Shown here one piece after another: positions 17,408-25,754 of a stretch of 41,374 bases of DNA. The notes below the pieces were generated by a model. That model was not told the DNA's origin. It made no database searches and saw only the letters and a list, made by a program, of their open reading frames with translations. The position numbers and the translations under genes are program-made. The stretch's first letter is position 1. Each line of letters begins with the position of its first letter. Origin of the DNA: a virus (lineage: Duplodnaviria; Caudoviricetes); the IMG/VR virus record IMGVR_UViG_3300046772_000048, positions 1 to 41,374 of that record; one strand, 5' to 3'.

Positions 17408-17851
17408 ATGACGACAACAGACGAAGAAGTAAAAATAACTTATCACTTGGGGTTTGACCCGCACCCAAACCAACAGGACGCAATCTTCTATACAGGTCTG
17501 GGTTGTGTCGCAACAGTTGATTACAAAGGTTTTCAAGTTGATGTTTATTGTGATGGCGAGACAAGAGCAAATCTTTTAGACGCACCACAAGGAGAAGTTG
17601 TTTCTAGTTTGTTTTCGCCAACAGATTTCATTGACGCTGGTATAGATACAGATGATGCTCTTGAAATGGCGAACAACCAAGAACTTCTTGATTGGGTAAA
17701 TAACTCTTGGTTTGATTTGTATTGCTATGGCGAACACCTAGACGCGGTTGAACACGAACTAGATGAGATACTCAAAGTTGCTGAAGTCTATGTAAGAGAC
17801 AGGGCGCACTCTGAAAAAATCATAAATGGAGAACTTGACAATTTAGATTGA
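17408..17851 (+). CDS. Hypothetical acidic protein
   Basis: AAAGGGG RBS; W.NN.WF motif. Confidence 0.8.
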   Translation: MTTTDEEVKITYHLGFDPHPNQQDAIFYTGLGCVATVDYKGFQVDVYCDGETRANLLDAPQGEVVSSLFSPTDFIDAGIDTDDALEMANNQELLDWVNNSWFDLYCYGEHLDAVEHELDEILKVAEVYVRDRAHSEKIINGELDNLD

Positions 17852-17863
17852 AACCTTTATACT
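17835..17863 (+). promoter_or_regulatory. Promoter overlapping upstream stop codon
   Basis: TTGACA-17-TATACT. Confidence 0.8.
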
Positions 17864-17893
17864 AAAGAAAAGAGAGGAAGGGAAAAAGTAAAA

Positions 17894-18406
17894 ATGCACG
17901 TTTGCCAAATAATGTTGGTTGAAGCAGAGGACGGCGCGGACGCTATCTCTGAAGTCAAAAGTTACATAACTTTTTCGGAAGAGGCGTATCCAACTTGGTC
18001 TGATTGGCACGAAGTCGGTGGCAGGTGGGACGGATTGTTTGACGGCTGGGAAGCAGAACGAAATGCTCTCTGCTATACCGAGAACCCATTACTTGCTGAA
18101 GACATAATCAAACAGTTCGCTAAAGGTCGGCAAGTAGAAATGAACCGATACTTAGCGGAGGTAACGGCAGAGGACTTTGACCTAGCCAAAATGGTTGAGA
18201 ACTATAACCCTGAAGACTATGACTACGGCATTGGTATGAAGGCTTGGACTTTGGCACGGCTAGGAAAACTTCTAGCAAACGATTGGACTTCAGATACGGG
18301 CGTCTTTGACTTGAAGGAAGGCTCGGCAAATCTTCGCCACTTCAGAGACCGGCTCGCCCTTGAACCGAACAAACAATTTTTAGTTCCTGTTGATTTCCAC
18401 TTCTAA
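17894..18406 (+). CDS. Phage hypothetical protein
   Basis: MH..., WSDW..VGGRW.G, C-terminal VPVDFHF. Confidence 0.8.
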   Translation: MHVCQIMLVEAEDGADAISEVKSYITFSEEAYPTWSDWHEVGGRWDGLFDGWEAERNALCYTENPLLAEDIIKQFAKGRQVEMNRYLAEVTAEDFDLAKMVENYNPEDYDYGIGMKAWTLARLGKLLANDWTSDTGVFDLKEGSANLRHFRDRLALEPNKQFLVPVDFHF

Positions 18407-18430
18407 CGGCAAGGAAAGGAAAAAGTAAAA

Positions 18431-18595
18431 ATGATTGTGTGTAAGAAATGTGGCTGGGAGATACGGCAAGATTTCGGTATGTGGCTAGACCAATACGAAG
18501 GGCTAGTCTGCGATTTCGTTGGTGATGTTCCAAGACCGCATAGACCGCGTATTGAAATGCGAACTCCGAACAACTCGGAACTCGCTGTCGCCTAA
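18431..18595 (+). CDS. Small Cys/His protein, 54 aa (not in ORF track)
   Basis: GAAAGG RBS plus 11-mer; CKKC...C...H. Confidence 0.7.
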   Translation: MIVCKKCGWEIRQDFGMWLDQYEGLVCDFVGDVPRPHRPRIEMRTPNNSELAVA

Positions 18596-18616
18596 GAGAG
18601 GAAGCAAAAAGTAAAA

Positions 18617-18847
18617 ATGAAAGTCCAAGATTTACTAGAGCAGTTGAAAGCATACGAACCTGAAACCGAACTCATTGTCGCTTATTGGGATAAAGAGACG
18701 ATTGAAAGTTATGGTGCGCCAACTATGAACGAAGACCAATGGCAACAAGTTGTGGAAGATTACGAAGACGGAGAGTGGCATTGGCAAGGTTCTGCCGGTG
18801 ATGACTTCGTTGAAATCGCAGAGAAAGTGATTGCTACTGATGAGTAA
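18617..18847 (+). CDS. Hypothetical acidic protein
   Basis: MKVQDLLEQLKAYEP; 11-mer directly before ATG. Confidence 0.75.
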   Translation: MKVQDLLEQLKAYEPETELIVAYWDKETIESYGAPTMNEDQWQQVVEDYEDGEWHWQGSAGDDFVEIAEKVIATDE

Positions 18848-19007
18848 CAAACGCTGGAGAGCAACTTTCATTTCTCACTTTGGACAGGACATAGAAGCAG
18901 AGACCCTAAGGGAAGCAGAGGCTAAAGCCCTTGCGTGGCTACAAGAAGAGTATGGATACGACCTTGCGAAAGCCACAGAGTTTGAGGTAGAGCCTACTGA
19001 CGAGTAA
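18840..19007 (+). CDS. Hypothetical protein, 55 aa (not in ORF track)
   Basis: MSNKRWRATF...IEAETLREAEAKA; overlaps the end of the previous gene. Confidence 0.7.
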   Translation: MSNKRWRATFISHFGQDIEAETLREAEAKALAWLQEEYGYDLAKATEFEVEPTDE

Positions 19008-19014
19008 TAAACTA

Positions 19015-19080
19015 TGTGATGTAAAACACATAGGCAAATGCTTGTTTGGATTTGCTTTTCGGGAAGACTTCGTTTATTAT
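19015..19080 (+). promoter_or_regulatory. CRP-like box plus promoter
   Basis: TGTGATGTAAAACACA (19015-19030); TTGCTT-17-TATTAT (19052-19080). Confidence 0.6.
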
Positions 19081-19156
19081 TCGTGTTAGTTAGTGAGCAA
19101 GGCTCTCAAACTATTGGAGTGAAAAGGTTTCTCTCCTAAATGACGAAAGGACGCTC

Positions 19157-19600
19157 GTGTCTCCAAAAAAGACAGTAGTGGTTGAAGTTTCAACTACTAA
19201 GGTGCTTGATAGCACACCTGCGGAAGCAAAGAAGGCTAAGCAAGCCCTTGAACTTCTCGCAAGCGCAAAGCGCACAAAAGCCCTAGCAGAGAAGGCGTAT
19301 GAGGAAGCGCAAGCAGAACTCTACACACTTCTTGGCTACAAAAAGGTTGGCTCTTCTTGGATTGGTATTGCCACAGAAGGCACAATCGCTGGTGTTCCAG
19401 TTGTAGTAATCGGAACACAAACTCGTGAGAACCTCAACAAAGAGGAACTTCTCAAAGCAAATCCACATCTTGTTGATGTGTTCGCTGAACACACCACAGA
19501 CAAAATCGTTCAAGTGATGAAAACTCCACAACACAAGAACGAAGCAAGCCTTGACGAGGCAGTTGCCACACTACTTGCGCTAACAGGAGCAAGTAAGTAA
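19157..19600 (+). CDS. Hypothetical protein
   Basis: GAAAGGACGCTC RBS, GTG start, own promoter and terminator. Confidence 0.8.
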   Translation: MSPKKTVVVEVSTTKVLDSTPAEAKKAKQALELLASAKRTKALAEKAYEEAQAELYTLLGYKKVGSSWIGIATEGTIAGVPVVVIGTQTRENLNKEELLKANPHLVDVFAEHTTDKIVQVMKTPQHKNEASLDEAVATLLALTGASK

Positions 19601-19612
19601 TTATCTAAAGTT

Positions 19613-19645
19613 GAAAGCCCCCGCAGGTGTTGCGGGGGTTTTCTT
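19613..19645 (+). terminator. Intrinsic terminator
   Basis: GCCCCCGCA-ggtgt-TGCGGGGGT followed by T-rich tail. Confidence 0.85.
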
Positions 19646-19662
19646 CATAGAGAAAAGGAACT

Positions 19663-20061
19663 ATGGAAAAAAGAAGACCAATTAGTTTTTCTAAACTTGA
19701 TAAGGTAGTAAGAACAGGCTTACACCAATACGAACCTATCGCAACTGATAACAACACAACTGAAGATGGCGAAATCCTAATTACCAAAGCAACTCGCTGG
19801 ATACCAATGTGTGAGTTAGCAAAAAGTAAAAAAGATAGAGACAGGGGTCTTGTTCTTTTTGTTTGGGAGATAGACGCCATACGAGAAGCCATTGAGAACT
19901 TCTATGAAAAAGATGTTGCTCAACAATTTATGAAGTCTAAGGATTGCCACGAGTGTTTGGCTCTATGTTTCAGGGAACACCTAGAGATGTTAGATGTTAT
20001 GCCCTTGCGGGAGTTGTTCCCATCTGAAGAAGATGACGACACGGAAGAAGACACGATTTGA
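19663..20061 (+). CDS. Hypothetical protein
   Basis: GAAAAGGA RBS; 132 aa. Confidence 0.75.
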   Translation: MEKRRPISFSKLDKVVRTGLHQYEPIATDNNTTEDGEILITKATRWIPMCELAKSKKDRDRGLVLFVWEIDAIREAIENFYEKDVAQQFMKSKDCHECLALCFREHLEMLDVMPLRELFPSEEDDDTEEDTI

Positions 20062-20086
20062 CTTTTAGAAATCTATCATCTATACT
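20050..20086 (+). promoter_or_regulatory. Promoter with GACAC box
   Basis: GACACGAT then TTGACT-17-TATACT. Confidence 0.8.
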
Positions 20087-20110
20087 TGGGGTTATAGAGA
20101 AAGGGGAAAT

Positions 20111-21178
20111 GTGAAGCCAACAGATGTATTAGACATACAGGCATACTTCAAGGGGAAGTGCCTAGATAGTCGCTGGGAAGATTTACTACAAACCTATGTA
20201 GAGATTTCGGTTGGAAAGAAATACCTTTACACAGAAGCAGAGTGGGCTAAGTCTGACCACAAGAAGGCTATTGGCGTTTATCGCAGAGACATTATTGAAA
20301 CAGGAAAGAACGCGGAGTGCTTCTTCGTCAAAGATGAAATGTCTGACTTAGTTACTTTTGCTTCTAATAAATTAGATGAGACAGATGAGATAGACATAAG
20401 TCTAATTCCTGCTGATAGAGGATTTGCTTACTTTGAGAAGCCACTTGCGGTTCAAGATGTTCGCGGAAGAGAAATGCTTATCAACCTAATGCTTTGGAAA
20501 AAAGTGTTTGGTGAAGATGGAAAGTTAGGCGTTTCAATCTCTTACTGGAATGACGCTTATAGAACTCCTGATGATTTGGCAAAAGTTATTCTTGCCGAGC
20601 CTGATGATGTAACTAGACTTCTAGGTCGCTTTCATTGGATTAGTTGTAAGAGTGTCTTTCAACACGAAAAGATAGGCAAAGAAGAAATCAACGCTAATGA
20701 AAAAGACATGGACGCTATACGCGCTTTGACTTTCAAGCCCGGTGGAAAAGAACTTCTTTCGGAAGAAGAGTGGGAAGATTACAAAAACAATAAACTAACT
20801 CCTGCTACTAACACGACAAGACTTATGTGGGCTTACTTCTTGATTATGTCGCAGACACTTACAGAGGTATCAAAGCACCAAGCAGAGAACAGAGCGCAAC
20901 GCAAACGCATTGAGCGAGAAAACTTGCCGACAGAGTTTGTAGTTGTTCAGTTCCGCAAGCGTAGGTATGTAAATGCGGAAACAGATGAGACCCACGAAGC
21001 AAGTGCGATTGAGTGGTCGCATAGGTGGATTGTTGGTGGTCATTGGAGATGGCAACCATACAAAGACCCAATTAGTAAGGGAACTATCAAGAAGCGTATT
21101 TGGATTAGTCCTTATGTAAAAGGTCCGGAAGACAAGCCACTTATCGCCAAGAGCAAGGTGTTCGTGTTGGCGAAGTAA
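20111..21178 (+). CDS. Phage hypothetical protein
   Basis: 355 aa; C-terminal HRWIVGGHWRWQPY...IWISPYVKGP motif. Confidence 0.8.
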   Translation: MKPTDVLDIQAYFKGKCLDSRWEDLLQTYVEISVGKKYLYTEAEWAKSDHKKAIGVYRRDIIETGKNAECFFVKDEMSDLVTFASNKLDETDEIDISLIPADRGFAYFEKPLAVQDVRGREMLINLMLWKKVFGEDGKLGVSISYWNDAYRTPDDLAKVILAEPDDVTRLLGRFHWISCKSVFQHEKIGKEEINANEKDMDAIRALTFKPGGKELLSEEEWEDYKNNKLTPATNTTRLMWAYFLIMSQTLTEVSKHQAENRAQRKRIERENLPTEFVVVQFRKRRYVNAETDETHEASAIEWSHRWIVGGHWRWQPYKDPISKGTIKKRIWISPYVKGPEDKPLIAKSKVFVLAK

Positions 21179-21186
21179 AAACAGAT

Positions 21187-21215
21187 TTGACTTCTAAGGG
21201 GAAGTCCTGTATAAT
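21187..21215 (+). promoter_or_regulatory. Promoter
   Basis: TTGACT-17-TATAAT. Confidence 0.85.
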
Positions 21216-21245
21216 AAAGACAAGGGAAAAGAAAGGGGTTAGCAA

Positions 21246-21524
21246 ATGGCTAACGATTTAGTAGAAGTACAAGTAACTGAAGAAGAATTATCTTTGCTCA
21301 CTATGTCGGTGGGTATGTTCATTACTTTGATGGACGAAAAGATTGAACGCCGACACAAGAGGGGCGAGCGCGGTCAAGAGTTTGACTTGGAAGAGATGTT
21401 CTTCTTGATGGATAAGAAGTTCGGTGCTATGAACTTGTGGCGCAAGATGTTGGTGTCTGCTGGTTGCGACCCTGACCTTATTGCTGAACACATTGAAAAA
21501 GCCACAGAGGAAGAAGAGTTCTGA
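21246..21524 (+). CDS. Hypothetical protein
   Basis: GAAAGGGG RBS. Confidence 0.75.
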   Translation: MANDLVEVQVTEEELSLLTMSVGMFITLMDEKIERRHKRGERGQEFDLEEMFFLMDKKFGAMNLWRKMLVSAGCDPDLIAEHIEKATEEEEF

Positions 21525-21739
21525 TGGCTGAACACCATTACATAATCAAGTTTGATGATGAGACAGGAACTTGGTCTCACGACACAGATAGCGAAGAAGT
21601 GCGGTTTCCTGATGGAACTATTTGGGACGAAGCAGAGAACGAGTGGAAGTATGCCTATCAAGGTGATGGCGAGTTCTATCGTAATGCTGATGTCTATGAT
21701 GATTATTTATCCCACATTATCTCCACTATGGATTGCTAA
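21524..21739 (+). CDS. Hypothetical acidic protein
   Basis: TGATG overlap; RFPDGTIWD. Confidence 0.75.
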   Translation: MAEHHYIIKFDDETGTWSHDTDSEEVRFPDGTIWDEAENEWKYAYQGDGEFYRNADVYDDYLSHIISTMDC

Positions 21740-21751
21740 GGAAAAAGTAAA

Positions 21752-21985
21752 ATGGACGAGATAAATCTTTCACGAACAGTAATGTTTGTTGGTAATTACT
21801 TTACCCTTATGACCACAGTTGTTCTTGATGAAACACTACGACAAGAAGACGAGAGTGATGAAGACTTTGCGGTGAGAACTGCGAGTGTCTTTATGAAGGA
21901 ATACTATGGCTTTGATGTTGCGTCTTTCTCTAACGACATTGGTGTAGTAGATGAAGATGGAGATGATGATGAAGACTATGAGTAA
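21752..21985 (+). CDS. Hypothetical acidic protein
   Basis: AAGG plus 11-mer before ATG. Confidence 0.75.
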   Translation: MDEINLSRTVMFVGNYFTLMTTVVLDETLRQEDESDEDFAVRTASVFMKEYYGFDVASFSNDIGVVDEDGDDDEDYE

Positions 21986-22319
21986 TCTTGACTTGTATGT
22001 GTCTATCTCGGACGCCATAGAAAATGGCGAGATGGATAAACAACTTCACGACCTCCGCAAACTTGTTGATGGCAGGTTGGCTCTCATTGGGGCAAATAAG
22101 AAGTTAGATGATTTTGCGGTTGGAGATAAAGTATCTATCAACGATAGGTGCGGAACTACCTACTTGCGTGGCGAAACTGCCAGCATTGTGGGTAAGCGCA
22201 GAACTAAACTGGCTATTCACCTTGATAACCCAAAGGGTCGGTTTGTTCGCAAGATGGCTACGGGAGAGATTTTGTCTGCCGAAGTCATAGTGCCACTTGA
22301 AATAGTTGATAAAATCTAA
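21978..22319 (+). CDS. Hypothetical protein, possible SH3/KOW-like barrel
   Basis: FAVGDKVSI..YLRG..A.IVG; start at ATG 21978. Confidence 0.7.
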   Translation: MSNLDLYVSISDAIENGEMDKQLHDLRKLVDGRLALIGANKKLDDFAVGDKVSINDRCGTTYLRGETASIVGKRRTKLAIHLDNPKGRFVRKMATGEILSAEVIVPLEIVDKI

Positions 22320-22336
22320 ACCTAGAAAAACAGTAT

Positions 22337-22435
22337 TGTCGCTATCTACCCCCCTTTCGGATAGCGACATAGAGCACGGGTAATACCCTTTCCCCTGTCG
22401 CTCCGCCACTCCCTTCACTCCTGTCTGAAGGGAGT
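22337..22435 (+). ncRNA. Candidate small RNA: three tandem hairpins with C/U-rich loops
   Basis: Stems TGTCGCTATC/GATAGCGACA (loop TACCCCCCTTTCG), GAGCACGGG/CCTGTCGCTC (loop TAATACCCTTTC), ACTCCCTTCA/TGAAGGGAGT (loop CTCCTGTC). Confidence 0.6.
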
Positions 22436-22502
22436 TGGTGTGCTTTATGGCTTGACTTCCTACGAACTACTGATAGTGTTTAGGCACGCTAACCTTCTTC
22501 GT

Positions 22503-22748
22503 ATGAGAATAGTTGCCAAAGACTTTCACCCTAACGGAGGGGCTTCACCCTTTGTTGCGTCCATTGTTGATAACCCTGATGACGGCGACACGAAACTTGT
22601 TATTATGTTTGGGGAGGAAGGGTGCGTTGCCGTCCTTTCGCTAGACTATCTTCTCCGAGATGAAGACATCTCAAACCGATACAACGGGCATAACGGAGAG
22701 AAATACGAACAACTTAGAGAAGAACTTTGGGAAGATTTTGTAGGCTAG
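22503..22748 (+). CDS. Hypothetical protein, probably leaderless
   Basis: MRIVAKDFHPNG...; TAACCT 7 nt before ATG 22503. Confidence 0.7.
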   Translation: MRIVAKDFHPNGGASPFVASIVDNPDDGDTKLVIMFGEEGCVAVLSLDYLLRDEDISNRYNGHNGEKYEQLREELWEDFVG

Positions 22749-22780
22749 GCAAAAAGTAAAAACCGACAGGGAGCAGTACG

Positions 22781-23353
22781 ATGACCACAATTGCAGCCGT
22801 TCAGGGCGAGAACTGGGCTGTACTTGCATACGATAGTCGTGTTACTGAAGACAACAAGATTTATTCTTTACCGAAGGACAACGGCAAGGTAATAAAAAAT
22901 GGCGAGTATCTCATTGGCGTAGCAGGAGACATGAGAGCCGTCAATCTAATGGCGTATGTGTTCAAGCCACCTACCATTACTCCATCGGCTTATGGCGTGA
23001 GGTTGGACAAGTTTATGACTATGAACTTCATACCTGAAATGAAAAAATGTTTTGAGGACAACTCATACTCAAAAGACGGCGAACACGAAAGCCAAATCAT
23101 TGTCTCTATCAACGGTACTATCTACGAGATAGGCGAGGACTTCTCTTGGGCTAGAGACGAGTCCGGAGTTTATACAATCGGGTCTGGCGGAGGATACGCA
23201 CAAGGAGCGTTACTTGCTACGCTTGAAACCCGCAAACGAACTCTTGGAACGGCAAAGACATTAGCAAGACAAGCAGTAACAATCGCTTCACGCCTTGACC
23301 CGAACTCTTCACCACCGGTCTATGTGATGGTTCAACACTTCGGTGTGGCTTAG
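22781..23353 (+). CDS. Proteasome beta-subunit / HslV-like Ntn hydrolase
   Basis: N-terminal (M)TT nucleophile, DSRVT, conserved Lys, IGVAG, IGSGG, D..S. Confidence 0.85.
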   Translation: MTTIAAVQGENWAVLAYDSRVTEDNKIYSLPKDNGKVIKNGEYLIGVAGDMRAVNLMAYVFKPPTITPSAYGVRLDKFMTMNFIPEMKKCFEDNSYSKDGEHESQIIVSINGTIYEIGEDFSWARDESGVYTIGSGGGYAQGALLATLETRKRTLGTAKTLARQAVTIASRLDPNSSPPVYVMVQHFGVA

Positions 23354-23447
23354 CAAAAAGTAAAAACTCTCCGGCACGCAACAAGCCGGTCCTCTGCAAG
23401 TCAAAAAGTTATTCTGAAGTCGCTATGCGTACGCCTATTTGCTGAAC

Positions 23448-23484
23448 GACACGACTTGACTTTTCTTTCTAGGGTTGCTATACT
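23448..23484 (+). promoter_or_regulatory. Promoter with GACAC box
   Basis: GACACGAC then TTGACT-17-TATACT. Confidence 0.85.
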
Positions 23485-23491
23485 TCAGTTA

Positions 23492-23570
23492 TTCAGTAGG
23501 GGGGCAGTCGCTGGACACCTGAACGACCTGAAACCTAGGGGGTCGGAAACAATACGACGCCCCTACTGAA
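23492..23570 (+). ncRNA. Candidate structured 5' leader / small RNA
   Basis: 11-bp closing stem TTCAGTAGGGG/CCCCTACTGAA starting at the predicted TSS, with two GTCG and two CGAC segments inside. Confidence 0.5.
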
Positions 23571-23588
23571 CCTAAAGAAAGGGAACCT

Positions 23589-23822
23589 ATGGACACAATC
23601 TCCATGACTTACCACTTGCGTGGTAATTTTTATCCACCCCTACCACTTGACTACGCGGAACCCGCTATCAAGGCGTGGGAGTTTTATCAGGCAGAGGACT
23701 ATGACGCAGTAATTACTTTACCTGCGGACATAGAGCCACACCCCGCTTGCGCTCGCAAGACTGAAGCAGGTTGGGAGTTATCTGCCAGCGACCTAGTGCG
23801 GATACTTCGCCTAGATAGGTAA
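23589..23822 (+). CDS. Hypothetical protein
   Basis: GAAAGGG RBS; HL.GN.YPP.P motif. Confidence 0.8.
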   Translation: MDTISMTYHLRGNFYPPLPLDYAEPAIKAWEFYQAEDYDAVITLPADIEPHPACARKTEAGWELSASDLVRILRLDR

Positions 23823-23832
23823 TTTATTTGGA

Positions 23833-23862
23833 GAAGCCCCGGCTGAAGAGCCGGGGTTTTTT
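23833..23862 (+). terminator. Intrinsic terminator
   Basis: GCCCCGGCT-gaag-AGCCGGGGT then T run. Confidence 0.85.
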
Positions 23863-23901
23863 CATGTACAAGTTATTCTGATGTCCGGCTCAGAAGAACG
23901 A

Positions 23902-23957
23902 GTTTTTACTTTTTGGCACCGGGCTCAGGACCCGGCTGTTGAAAGAACGAACAACTT
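23902..23957. repeat. 56-bp composite spacer element, second copy at 29104-29159
   Basis: GTTTTTACTTTTTGG-N15-CCGGCTGTTG-N7-GAACAACTT identical in blocks and spacing. Confidence 0.8.
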
Positions 23958-24002
23958 GCGGAAGATGTGCGAGAGGGTTCTTGTTGGGATAGGATTTAGA
24001 AA

Positions 24003-24067
24003 TGTGATACAAAACACAATGCGGATTTCCTATTTCAACTTGACTTCCCTGCCAAAACTGGTAAAAT
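24003..24067 (+). promoter_or_regulatory. CRP-like box plus promoter
   Basis: TGTGATACAAAACACA (24003-24018); TTGACT-16-TAAAAT (24040-24067). Confidence 0.7.
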
Positions 24068-24098
24068 ACTCTTATCAACTTCAGAAAGGGGAAAAACA

Positions 24099-24338
24099 AT
24101 GAAGTGGATACTCGTCAAGAAGTCTGACGGAGAACGCGGAAATGCCGGTCTCAAGAAGATTTATCAGGTTATCGTTGAAGATAACAAAGTTATTACACTT
24201 TGGGGTAAGGCTGAAGAAGTCGCTCCACAAGCAAAGCAGGTAAAGAGTTTTGCTTATCCATTCCTTGCTAAGGCATACGCTAACGACAAGGTTCAATCTA
24301 AACTTACAAGAGGCTACGAAGTGGTGCTCGTAGCCTAA
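24099..24338 (+). CDS. WGR-domain-like protein
   Basis: KIYQV.V....V...WGK....Q....F...A.....K..SKLTRGY. Confidence 0.7.
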   Translation: MKWILVKKSDGERGNAGLKKIYQVIVEDNKVITLWGKAEEVAPQAKQVKSFAYPFLAKAYANDKVQSKLTRGYEVVLVA

Positions 24339-24350
24339 TTCGGTGGGCAA

Positions 24351-24394
24351 GAAAGGCTCCCTCGTCTTGGTTGGTGCGGGGGAGTTTTTCTTTT
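24351..24394 (+). terminator. Intrinsic terminator
   Basis: GGCTCCCTCG...CGGGGGAGTT then T run. Confidence 0.7.
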
Positions 24395-24402
24395 CCTAAT
24401 AC

Positions 24403-24431
24403 TTGACTTTTATTAGACGCGGTGTTATACT
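24403..24431 (+). promoter_or_regulatory. Promoter
   Basis: TTGACT-17-TATACT. Confidence 0.85.
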
Positions 24432-24454
24432 TAGAGAAAGAAAGGGGGGACACT

Positions 24455-24823
24455 ATGAAAGCAGTCATAATCACAACAAATGGTGAGAAGCAAGTGGTTG
24501 AATTTACTAACGAAACTTCTTACAAGACTTTATCTGACGCGGTTGGCGGAATGATAGAGTGCGTTGGAATTGACGAGAACACGGATATGTGGGTAAATGA
24601 AAATGGCATAGCAGAGGGCTTGCCACTAAACCTACACGGGTCTGCGATTTATTCGGAGACTTGGAAAGCAGGTAATCCTATTCTCGGCAATGTAATCATT
24701 ACTGGCGGGACAGATGAAGAAGGCTACACGCTAGGACTGACTGACGAGCAGGTAGAGAAGTGGTTGGCATACAACTCACAGGTAATTCCAACTGCCTACT
24801 TATTCGGTGCGCTATACAACTAA
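24455..24823 (+). CDS. DUF3846 domain protein
   Basis: L..AVGG.IE.V, MWVNENG...LP.N, I.GNVII.G; start at ATG 24455 behind GAAAGGGGGG. Confidence 0.8.
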   Translation: MKAVIITTNGEKQVVEFTNETSYKTLSDAVGGMIECVGIDENTDMWVNENGIAEGLPLNLHGSAIYSETWKAGNPILGNVIITGGTDEEGYTLGLTDEQVEKWLAYNSQVIPTAYLFGALYN

Positions 24824-24840
24824 ATAGATTTCCCACAGAG

Positions 24841-24869
24841 AAGGCGCGGCTAATCCCCGCGTCTTTTTT
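24841..24869 (+). terminator. Intrinsic terminator
   Basis: GGCGCGG/CCGCGTC stem then TTTTTT. Confidence 0.75.
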
Positions 24870-24968
24870 GTTGTTCGCAGATTCCGGAGGTACCCCTGAC
24901 CAAAAAGTAAAAACTCTCGTTTTGCGGTCTGAAGGATTTGGCGGTGCTGGACATAAAAATAACTTTGC

Positions 24969-25006
24969 GACACGACTTGACTTTCTAGGAGAGATGATGT
25001 TATACT
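24969..25006 (+). promoter_or_regulatory. Promoter with GACAC box
   Basis: GACACGAC then TTGACT-18-TATACT. Confidence 0.8.
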
Positions 25007-25036
25007 TAGACAACAAGCCAACGAAAGGGAAAAGAA

Positions 25037-25177
25037 ATGGCAAAGTATGTGGTTCTATGTGAGGCAGACGAGTGTGAGACAGAGAACGAAGATTTTGAAG
25101 ATGATGGTTCAACCTATTGGTTTACCTGCGTAAAGTGCGGATACGACAACGAGGTGGTTCACTCGCCGTGGAAATAA
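25037..25177 (+). CDS. Small zinc-ribbon protein, 46 aa (not in ORF track)
   Basis: GAAAGGG RBS; CEADEC...CVKC. Confidence 0.75.
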   Translation: MAKYVVLCEADECETENEDFEDDGSTYWFTCVKCGYDNEVVHSPWK

Positions 25178-25278
25178 CAACTAAAGCCAAGTGCGTAGAG
25201 TGCGGTAGGGTCTTTGACCTACTCAATGAGGTAGATGCGGAAGAGTGGGGTTATGGACACGACTGCGAAGTTTTGTAA
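25168..25278 (+). CDS. Small Cys/His protein, 36 aa (not in ORF track)
   Basis: GAGGTGG RBS, GTG start; KCVECGRVFDLLNEVDAEEWGYGHDCE. Confidence 0.7.
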   Translation: MEITTKAKCVECGRVFDLLNEVDAEEWGYGHDCEVL

Positions 25279-25423
25279 GTCTTGCTTGAATACTCACGCG
25301 GTAGAGGAAGATGCTTGCTATTGCGTGAGATGTTCAGAGAACTTTGATAGTGGTTGTATGAACGAGATAAATGGAGAACCCGTTTGTTTCCAATGCGACC
25401 CGACTTTCATACCAAAAGAGTAA
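25253..25423 (+). CDS. Small Cys-rich protein
   Basis: CKSC, CYCVRC, CFQC; start at ATG 25253. Confidence 0.6.
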   Translation: MDTTAKFCKSCLNTHAVEEDACYCVRCSENFDSGCMNEINGEPVCFQCDPTFIPKE

Positions 25424-25424
25424 C

Positions 25425-25453
25425 TTGACTTTCTAATCCCACTATGTTATACT
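25425..25453 (+). promoter_or_regulatory. Promoter
   Basis: TTGACT-17-TATACT. Confidence 0.85.
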
Positions 25454-25484
25454 TAGGGTATTAGCAGAAAGGGGGTGAAGATAA

Positions 25485-25709
25485 ATGCTAAGTTTCGGAG
25501 ATTTCGTAAATGGTCTCAATGATGATGCTTGCGCAATGTGTGGTCGCAAGATAGTAAGTAAGAACCCTTGGTTGGTTCATCTATCTATCGCAGGAGCGAT
25601 ACTACACCCAGCAAGTGATGCGGATAGGGGGACTATCTCGCAGGGGTTCTGGCAGGTAGGAAGTGAGTGCGCCAAGAAGTTTGACCCTGCGGTGCTTGTG
25701 AAAAACTAA
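25485..25709 (+). CDS. Small Cys-containing protein
   Basis: CAMCGRK...VGSECAKK; GAAAGGGGGTGA RBS. Confidence 0.8.
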   Translation: MLSFGDFVNGLNDDACAMCGRKIVSKNPWLVHLSIAGAILHPASDADRGTISQGFWQVGSECAKKFDPAVLVKN

Positions 25710-25721
25710 ATAGAATTCAAG

Positions 25722-25754
25722 GAAGCCCCCGCGAAAGCGGGGGTTTTCTTTTTT
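25722..25754 (+). terminator. Intrinsic terminator
   Basis: GCCCCCGC-GAAA-GCGGGGGT then T run. Confidence 0.9.

Noticed and set aside
23492-23570. tRNA or hammerhead ribozyme
   Set aside because: No TTCG T-loop, canonical anticodon arm or CCA; CTGAACGA and GAAAC do not fit the CUGANGA/GAAA core geometry
23881-24102. 73-aa ORF MSGSEERVFTF... (similar cases at 24760, 31985, 33701)
   Set aside because: These run through spacer motifs, terminators or promoters and lack an RBS
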